From positions 1 to 56,181 of IMG/VR virus record IMGVR_UViG_3300010412_000017: a stretch of DNA of 56,181 nt, one strand, 5' to 3'. The stretch comes from a virus. Lineage: Duplodnaviria; Caudoviricetes. The translations under genes and the position numbers were made by a program. Below, one piece after another: positions 50,153 to 56,181 of this stretch. Every line of letters begins with the position of its first letter. The first letter of the stretch is position 1. The notes beneath the pieces are model-generated. The model was not told the DNA's origin. It saw nothing but the letters and a program-made list of their open reading frames with translations, and searched no databases.

Positions 50153-51258
50153 CAGTCCACCTCGGCCGTGCGGTTGCCGTAGTTGAGCATCTCGGCCAGG
50201 CCCGGCAGGTGCGGGTAGCCGCGGAAATTCACGGTGTTGGCGAAAACGTCCCGGCAGGTCGCCAGGCTCTTGTCGCAACCGCGGGTGATGGCGTAGGTGT
50301 CGCCGATCTGGAGGGTGCCGAATTCGCCCTCGATCAGCTGCACCGTGGTGTTGTTGCCGTGGTCCGGGTCGTTCTGGATGTGCTTGACCACTTCCACCTC
50401 GCGCCCGGCGTTGTTGCCGGTCAACCACCGCAGGATACCGCCGCGCCAGGTCCCGGTCGCCCCCGTGAGGCTGGTGTCCTCAAATTGGCGCTGGCTGATC
50501 AGGCCGCTGATGGTGCCGGTGGTGTTGTGGGCCGGGTCGGTCAGGTCGATGCCGCACTTGGCGTTGCCCAAGGTGGCCCAGCAGCTCGGCATGTAGTGCT
50601 CGATAGTGTCCTGGTCCAGGCTCTGGGCCAGGCCGCGGAACTCGGCGGTGTAGAGGTCGCGCTGCAGGCTCACCTCGCCGATGCGCCCGTACTTCAGGCT
50701 CATGTGCCCGTCGGCCAGGCTCTCGTAGTCGAGCAGGAAAAGGTGCAGGCGGGCGTAGTCGTAGCGCCCGGCCAGAATGTCCTGCTCCTCCAGGGCCAGG
50801 CTGTCGAGCAGGCCGTAGAGGTCCAGGTTGTCGACGGCCAGGTCGCCGCTGTTGACCACCGCGCTCGGGGTGTAGCCCAGGTCGCCCTGGAAGGTCACGC
50901 CCTGGTAGGTGATCGGGCTGTCGTGGTCGGTGAAGCCCAGCAGCGGGTTACTGGTCGCACCGCCCGTGTAGGCGGTGTAGCCGGTGGTGTTGATGCCGGT
51001 CTCGTAGTGGGTGGCGTCGGTCACCGTGACCGTGATGGTGGTGTCGTCGATCTCGACCATGTCGCCGCCGCGGATCACCACCTGGTCGCCCGTGGTCAGG
51101 CCGTGGGCGATCTCGGTCTCGACCACGCCGTTGGCCGCCTGGGTGATGGCGACGATCCGCGGGGTGAAGCGGGTACGCTCCAGCAGCAGGCAGGTGGCGG
51201 TGGTCATCTCCTCGCTGGCGAGGGTGGCCTTCAGGTTGGCGCTGGCGGTCTTGCTCAT
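50152..51258 (-). CDS. Baseplate hub protein (DUF2163 type) with inserted beta-domain
   Basis: GFTDHD, L.VDNL, GRYDYA, C.ATLG..KC, GCDK...TC...F.N..NFRGYPHLPG. Confidence 0.88.
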   Translation of the reverse strand: MSKTASANLKATLASEEMTTATCLLLERTRFTPRIVAITQAANGVVETEIAHGLTTGDQVVIRGGDMVEIDDTTITVTVTDATHYETGINTTGYTAYTGGATSNPLLGFTDHDSPITYQGVTFQGDLGYTPSAVVNSGDLAVDNLDLYGLLDSLALEEQDILAGRYDYARLHLFLLDYESLADGHMSLKYGRIGEVSLQRDLYTAEFRGLAQSLDQDTIEHYMPSCWATLGNAKCGIDLTDPAHNTTGTISGLISQRQFEDTSLTGATGTWRGGILRWLTGNNAGREVEVVKHIQNDPDHGNNTTVQLIEGEFGTLQIGDTYAITRGCDKSLATCRDVFANTVNFRGYPHLPGLAEMLNYGNRTAEVD

Positions 51259-51884
51259 ACGCGCAGCTCCACTATCGGCACGTCGGCGCTCTGGATGCCG
51301 TAGGTGTCGGCGGTCACGCTCAGGCGGTCGGTGTCGAAACGGCAGGGCACATCGAACTCGAAGCCGGCGGTTACCACCACCGCGCCGGCCGGCGGGCTGA
51401 CAAAGGTCACGATGCCGGTCGTGGTGTCCACGCTCCAGCCGCTGGCCTGCGGTGCGCCGTCGAGCGCGATCACCACCGTGCCGCTCACCGGCTTGGCGAT
51501 CGATCGCACCAGGGTCTCGGTGCCCGTGGCGTAGTTCTTGACCAGCTGAAAGTCCACGGTGGCGCCGTCGCCCACGCCGATCTGCTGGTCCTCGTCATCG
51601 GGGGCGTCCCTGCCGTTGGCGGCCGACGTGTAGTCGGCCCAGTCCTTGAACCGGAAGCCATGAAACCGCCCCTTCATGGCGTGGAAGTATTGCCGCAGGG
51701 CCTCGACGTTCTCGCGGGTCTTGAGGGCAAAGCTGGCGTTGTAGGCGTGACGCGGGTAGCTCCAGACGCTGCGCCGCTGCTCGTGTCCACTCTGGAGCAC
51801 CGCCACGCCGGTCAGGTACTCAGGGCCGCCCGCGCTGCCGTAGCTCAGGGTCTCGGGGAACCGGGGGGTTTCGATGAATGCCAT
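51255..51884 (-). CDS. Distal tail protein (DUF2460 / TIGR02217 type)
   Basis: F.E.PRFP...YGS.GGPEY.T, GFRFKDWADY, FQLVK.Y, TAGFEFDVPCRFDTD. Confidence 0.92.
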   Translation of the reverse strand: MAFIETPRFPETLSYGSAGGPEYLTGVAVLQSGHEQRRSVWSYPRHAYNASFALKTRENVEALRQYFHAMKGRFHGFRFKDWADYTSAANGRDAPDDEDQQIGVGDGATVDFQLVKNYATGTETLVRSIAKPVSGTVVIALDGAPQASGWSVDTTTGIVTFVSPPAGAVVVTAGFEFDVPCRFDTDRLSVTADTYGIQSADVPIVELRV

Positions 51885-51885
51885 A

Positions 51886-54660
51886 TTAGCCGTTCCTTAA
51901 CCGGGCGCCTGCCAGGAGGCGGTTCATGTCGGCCAGGATCTGGCCCTGGCTCTGGCGGAAGGTATCGGCGTTCGGCGTGTTGATCGTCATGTGCAGGTTG
52001 ATCGGTGCCGCTCCGCCGCCGTCGCCGCCCTTGCCCACGAACACCTCGGGGCCCACCTCGCCGGCGACCACCGGCTGGCCCGCCATCACCGGGCCGCCCT
52101 GGGCCCGGCCAGGCCACCGCTGGCCGATGGTCCGGCCCGTGGTGAGCCGTTCGGTCTCGCCGTCCACGCCGCCCAGGCCGCGGCTTATCTGGGCGTGGTG
52201 CTCGAAGGTGGGCATCCGGTCCAGGGAGGCGCCATCGCCCGCCTGCCGGCCTGACATGGCCGCACGCGCCCGCATTGAGCCCATCGCCCGGTTGGGGATG
52301 ATGGTGCCGTTCTCCTGGGGGGTGAAAAGCTCGGGGCCGCGCTCGCCGACCAGGTGCGTCATGCCCCGCTGGGTAGGGCCGCCCTCGGCCCGCGCTCCGC
52401 CGGTGCCGCCGCCTGCGACCACCGCGCCAATGGCCGCCAGGGCCGGGTTGGTGCTGCCGGCCGCCGAGGTGGCGACCATGCTGAGCAGCTGGCTGGCGAG
52501 GAAGTCGGCCACCATGCGGTCGATGGTGCGCTTGAAGTTGTCGGCCAGGTCGTCGAATTCGCCCTGCATCACGCTGAAAAACAGATCACTCATGGCGCTC
52601 TGCATCGAGCGGGCGGCCTGGATGGCGAACTGTTCCATGGCCGAGAAGCTGTCCTTGCTCTCGTCGGCGGTCTTTTTCGCCTCCTTGCGGGCGCGCTCCA
52701 TCACCTCGGGGAGCTGGGCGAGCTGCTCCTCGGTCAGGGCGCCGCTGGCGCGCAGGCTCTCCTCGGTCTTTGCCAGGTCCTTGAGGGCCAGCTCGTAGGC
52801 CTCGGCGCTGGTCCGGGTCTCATCGAACAGCTCCTTGTAGGTCTCCTGGGCGTCCTTGTTGGCCTCGGTCTGCTTGTCCAGGCTGTCCAGCCGGCTCTGC
52901 AGGCCCAGCAGGCTGCTCACCAGGGCGTCGCCCTCGTCGCCCAGCAGGGCCACGTCGTCGGCCAGGTCGCCCAGGGTCAGGCGGTAGTTCAGGACCGCGG
53001 TGTCGCTCTCGCCGAAGGTGTCGACCGACTCGCGCAGGTCGTCGCGCATGCCCTGCAGCTCCTCGCGGGCATCCTTGATCTTGTCCTTGAGGTCGTCGCT
53101 GGCGCTGGAGAGCTTGTCCTTGAAGGCGGCGCGCAGCTTCTCCAGCTCCTCGTCGGTCTCGCCGCCGGTGCTGCCCAGGTCGGCCAGGGCCTTCTGCAGC
53201 TCCTTGAGCTTGCCCTCCAGGTAGGCTACGTCGTCGCCTTGCGCCTTGAGGTCGCCCTCCAGGGCCTTTTTGCGTTGCGTGGCGCCACCACGGTTGCGCC
53301 CGCGGCTGCTCTCCTGCTTCTCGCCCAGTTGGTCCAGGGCGGCCTGGGTCTCGGCTACGCGCTCCTTAGCGGCCTTCAGGGCGTCCTCGACCTGGGCGAT
53401 CTTGGCCGTGATGCCGGCCGTGTTCATGGTGACCTTGGTGGTGCTCAGCTGGTCCAGTTCGGCGCGCAGGTCCGCGCTTGCTTTCTCGGTCTTGTCCTCG
53501 CGCCCGGCGAGCATGTACAGGGCGGTGCCGATGCCGACGATCCAGCCGGCCGGGCCGGCGGCGGCCAGGCCCAGGACCCGCAGGGCGGCCATCGCGGCGC
53601 CCAGGCCCCGCATGGCGCCGGCCGCGGCAATGGCGCCGGCGGTGGCGAGCTTGATGCCGCGGGCAAACTTCAGGGCGCCCCCGGCCAGGGCGATCAGCAG
53701 ACTGGCGGCCTTGCCGGCGGCCAGGGCGGCGAGCGCGATGCCCACCAGGTCGATGTTCTCGGCCAGCGCCAGCATGGCCTGGCCCAGGGCGTTGGCGGCC
53801 TTCTCGGCGCCTTTCAGGAAGTCGGGATCGTCGAGCATCTTGGTGATGCCCTGGATGGCCCGTGCCAGCGGCTCCATGGCGTCGCTGGCGGCGATCCGCC
53901 GCTTGAAGCGGAGGATGGCGTTGCTCATGGAGTTGATCGAGCCCTGCAGGCTGTTCGCGGCCTCCTCGGCGCTGCCCTTGAACTCCTGCCGGAGCTGGCG
54001 GGCCAACAGGGGGATGAAGTCCTCGGCGAGCAGCTTGCCGTCGGCGAGCATCTTGTCCAGCTCTGCCGTCGTCATACCGGCCGCACGGGCCGCGATCTGG
54101 AAGGCGCCGGGTAGGCGCTCGCCCAGCTGCCCGCGCAGCTCCTCGGCGCTTACCTTGCCCTTGGAGATGATCTGCTCGATGGCGGTCAGGGCGCCCTGGG
54201 TCTGGTCGGCCGAAAGGCCCAGGGCCGTGGCGGCCTCGGATACGCCCAGGAAGATGTTTTGCGCCTCGGCGCCCTCCAGCGAGGTGCCCTTGGCCGCGGC
54301 GGCGATGCCGACAAAGCCCTTCTCGGCGGCCTCCATGTTCAGGTTGAGCCGGCGTATCTCCTTGTCCAGAAAGGCCATCGCCTTCTGGGCGCCGGCGGCG
54401 CTGCCGGTGGCCTGCTTGAGGCCGCGCTCGATACGCTGCGCGCCGGTGGCGGCCTGGACCAGCTCGCGGGTGACCAGGCCCACGCCCAGCGTGGCAAACG
54501 CCGTTTTCAGGCTGAAAATGGCCCGGCCGACGCCCTGGATGCCCTTGGCGGTTTTCTTGCCGGTGTTCTCGATATCGCGCAGGGCCCGCTGGACCTGGAC
54601 CGCCCCCTGCTTGGCGAGGCGGCCGTCGATCTTGACCCCGATCACTCGAATTGTCGCCAC
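51886..54660 (-). CDS. Tape measure protein
   Basis: 924 aa, helical and Ala-rich; QIISKGKVSAEELRGQLGERLPGA; C-terminal GERGPELF and FRQSQGQI. Confidence 0.93.
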   Translation of the reverse strand: MATIRVIGVKIDGRLAKQGAVQVQRALRDIENTGKKTAKGIQGVGRAIFSLKTAFATLGVGLVTRELVQAATGAQRIERGLKQATGSAAGAQKAMAFLDKEIRRLNLNMEAAEKGFVGIAAAAKGTSLEGAEAQNIFLGVSEAATALGLSADQTQGALTAIEQIISKGKVSAEELRGQLGERLPGAFQIAARAAGMTTAELDKMLADGKLLAEDFIPLLARQLRQEFKGSAEEAANSLQGSINSMSNAILRFKRRIAASDAMEPLARAIQGITKMLDDPDFLKGAEKAANALGQAMLALAENIDLVGIALAALAAGKAASLLIALAGGALKFARGIKLATAGAIAAAGAMRGLGAAMAALRVLGLAAAGPAGWIVGIGTALYMLAGREDKTEKASADLRAELDQLSTTKVTMNTAGITAKIAQVEDALKAAKERVAETQAALDQLGEKQESSRGRNRGGATQRKKALEGDLKAQGDDVAYLEGKLKELQKALADLGSTGGETDEELEKLRAAFKDKLSSASDDLKDKIKDAREELQGMRDDLRESVDTFGESDTAVLNYRLTLGDLADDVALLGDEGDALVSSLLGLQSRLDSLDKQTEANKDAQETYKELFDETRTSAEAYELALKDLAKTEESLRASGALTEEQLAQLPEVMERARKEAKKTADESKDSFSAMEQFAIQAARSMQSAMSDLFFSVMQGEFDDLADNFKRTIDRMVADFLASQLLSMVATSAAGSTNPALAAIGAVVAGGGTGGARAEGGPTQRGMTHLVGERGPELFTPQENGTIIPNRAMGSMRARAAMSGRQAGDGASLDRMPTFEHHAQISRGLGGVDGETERLTTGRTIGQRWPGRAQGGPVMAGQPVVAGEVGPEVFVGKGGDGGGAAPINLHMTINTPNADTFRQSQGQILADMNRLLAGARLRNG

Positions 54661-55007
54661 CTACCGTTCTCCTTTGCCCTTGGCTCTCTGTTCCCAGCGC
54701 TTACGCGTGGTCTCCAGGTACTCGCCGTCGAGCCCCTTCATGATGCGCACGAAGCGCCGGTTGTCCGGTTGCGGGAAAATGGCCAGGTAGGCGCGGATCT
54801 CGCTCAGCGCGATCCCGCTCACGGCCCCCTGTGAAACCTGCCGGCTGCTCGAAAGCAGCCAGAAGGCCTCGACGAGGTCCACGAGGGCGGGGTCGGTGAT
54901 GTCGGGTCGGCGCTGGAGCGCCCTGGGCGTCTTGCCGGTGTCGCGCTCTAGCTTTTCGAGCCACTCGACTTGGCTGCCCCATTCGAGGCTCCAGCTGATG
55001 TAGGGCG
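54661..55007 (-). CDS. Tail assembly chaperone T segment (likely expressed as a -1 frameshift G-T fusion)
   Basis: Open -1 frame PYISWSLEWGSQVEWLE...AFWLLSSSRQ..G...I.LSEI.AY...LD.EYL between the G gene and tape measure. Confidence 0.7.
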
Positions 55008-55385
55008 TAGCTGCTCGAGCACGTCCTCCACCTCATCTTCCCGGTACCGCTCCTCCTCGTAGGCCAGCGTCACAACCGTGTCCAGGAACCCTGGCAGCGC
55101 CCGGAATGCCCGAATGGCAAACTCGGGGCTGTACTCCACCGCCTCGCCGTTTAGCTCCACCCCTTCCCAGCCGCGGACAACGGTGTGCGCCACCGCCTCC
55201 TCCAGCAGGGTCCTGATGTCCTCCTCGGTCGCCTTCCCCTTTCCGCGCTTGATCTTCGCTTCCTGGGTGAACGCCTTGTAGGCGGGGTTGTCCATGGGTG
55301 CGAGCAGAAGCCGGGCAGTGCCCAGCTCCACCCACACCCCGTCCCGGTGCTTTGGGCCGTCGGTGTAGTAGTCCAGTAGTTCCAC
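54948..55385 (-). CDS. Tail assembly chaperone G
   Basis: GVWV...N..Y...A.TVVRGWEG...YSPE.A; between tail tube and tape measure. Confidence 0.8.
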   Translation of the reverse strand: MELLDYYTDGPKHRDGVWVELGTARLLLAPMDNPAYKAFTQEAKIKRGKGKATEEDIRTLLEEAVAHTVVRGWEGVELNGEAVEYSPEFAIRAFRALPGFLDTVVTLAYEEERYREDEVEDVLEQLRPTSAGASNGAAKSSGSKS

Positions 55386-55422
55386 GGTGGCTGTACCTCT
55401 CTCTCAGGTCGGTTGTGTGCGG

Positions 55423-56181
55423 TTACGCCGCGAAGCGGTCGATCTGCACGGTGTAGTCGTTGGTCGCGTCCCGGATCGCCTGCCACTCCATGTCGAGCAG
55501 GACGTCCTGGTCGATACCGCCGGCGACCACCTCCTGGGTGGTGATCTTGATCCGGGGGAAGCTCACAACGTAGGCGTTGCCGGCGGTGTCCTGCACGACA
55601 AACTCCAGCTTGGTCTCGGTGCTGTTGATGAACTTGTCCACCATCGCGCCGTCCTCGAAGTACATCTGCATGGTGCCGTTGATCAGGCTCCGGCCGATGC
55701 CGATGTCGAAGTTGCCCAGCACGCCGATGGCTTTCAGGCCGCGCAGGTTGTTGTTGATGGTGCAGGTAACCTGCCGCAGGGCGTAGGGGGCGACCAGCTC
55801 GGTGCCGCCTTCCAGGATGCTCTGCACGTTGGCGACCGCGTTCATTACCGGCGTGGTGCTCGCCGCGCCGTAGGCGCCGCTGCCGGCGGTGGCGGTGTCG
55901 CGCACCATGTCCTTGCCGAGGAACTCCATGCTGCCGGTCAGGAACTCGCCGACGATCAGGTTCAGGGTCAGCGTGCTCACCAGGCATCCGGCGAAGGTGT
56001 GGTACTGGGTCTTGTCGCTGAAGAACTTTTCCATCACGAAGCTGTTTTCCGTGACGCCGTTGCGGATCATGCCGTCGTTGTCAAAGGTCCGGGTGCCCGC
56101 GGTCTCGTCGACCAGGGTCAGGCCGGCGGCCACGATCTTGGTGGTCGTGACGCTGACCACGCGGAAGAAGCCGTTGTTGGC
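55423..56181 (-). CDS. Major tail tube protein, C-terminal part (joins 1..549)
   Basis: SFVMEKFFSD, GC.V..L.L, INNNLR, GT..MYFED, D.AGNAY...PRIK. Confidence 0.88.
   Translation of the reverse strand, partial: ANNGFFRVVSVTTTKIVAAGLTLVDETAGTRTFDNDGMIRNGVTENSFVMEKFFSDKTQYHTFAGCLVSTLTLNLIVGEFLTGSMEFLGKDMVRDTATAGSGAYGAASTTPVMNAVANVQSILEGGTELVAPYALRQVTCTINNNLRGLKAIGVLGNFDIGIGRSLINGTMQMYFEDGAMVDKFINSTETKLEFVVQDTAGNAYVVSFPRIKITTQEVVAGGIDQDVLLDMEWQAIRDATNDYTVQIDRFAA
56038..56181. repeat. Terminal overlap copy 2 (identical to 1-144)
   Basis: Direct comparison of the first and last 144 nt. Confidence 0.97.

Noticed and set aside
44268-51884. Gene transfer agent
   Set aside because: The GTA-type tail-tip genes are embedded in a full phage genome with its own replication, recombination and a non-GTA head module

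Overview
The window is a complete, circularly closing tailed-phage genome of about 56,037 bp with high GC. Bases 1-144 are repeated exactly at 56038-56181, and the tail-tube gene reads in frame across that join. Essentially all credible genes are on the minus strand; the long plus-strand ORFs are antisense shadows. Reading in the transcription direction from about 41.4 kb: early small genes behind repeated sigma70-like promoters; RecT/YqaJ recombination genes; lambda O/P-like replication genes with an iteron origin; SSB, Ref-like and RuvC-like nucleases; a ParB-DNA methyltransferase; terS/terL and portal; a roughly 8.5 kb inserted block (SPOUT-like protein, three beta-rich structural proteins, lipoprotein and holin-like genes, two C2H2 zinc-finger mini-proteins); a 1543-aa MuF fusion protein with a candidate immunity gene; scaffold, capsid and neck genes; tail tube, G/GT chaperones and tape measure; a GTA-type tail tip (DUF2460, DUF2163, NlpC/P60, megatron-like, DUF2793); and holin-like plus amidase endolysin genes. 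No integrase, CI-like repressor, tRNA or CRISPR array was recognised. The most striking element is the MuF protein carrying a PI3K/PI4K/HipA-like kinase domain and a C-terminal ADP-ribosyltransferase-like domain, with twin C2H2 finger genes upstream and an overlapping acidic gene downstream. All family assignments are motif recognition by eye, not database results.
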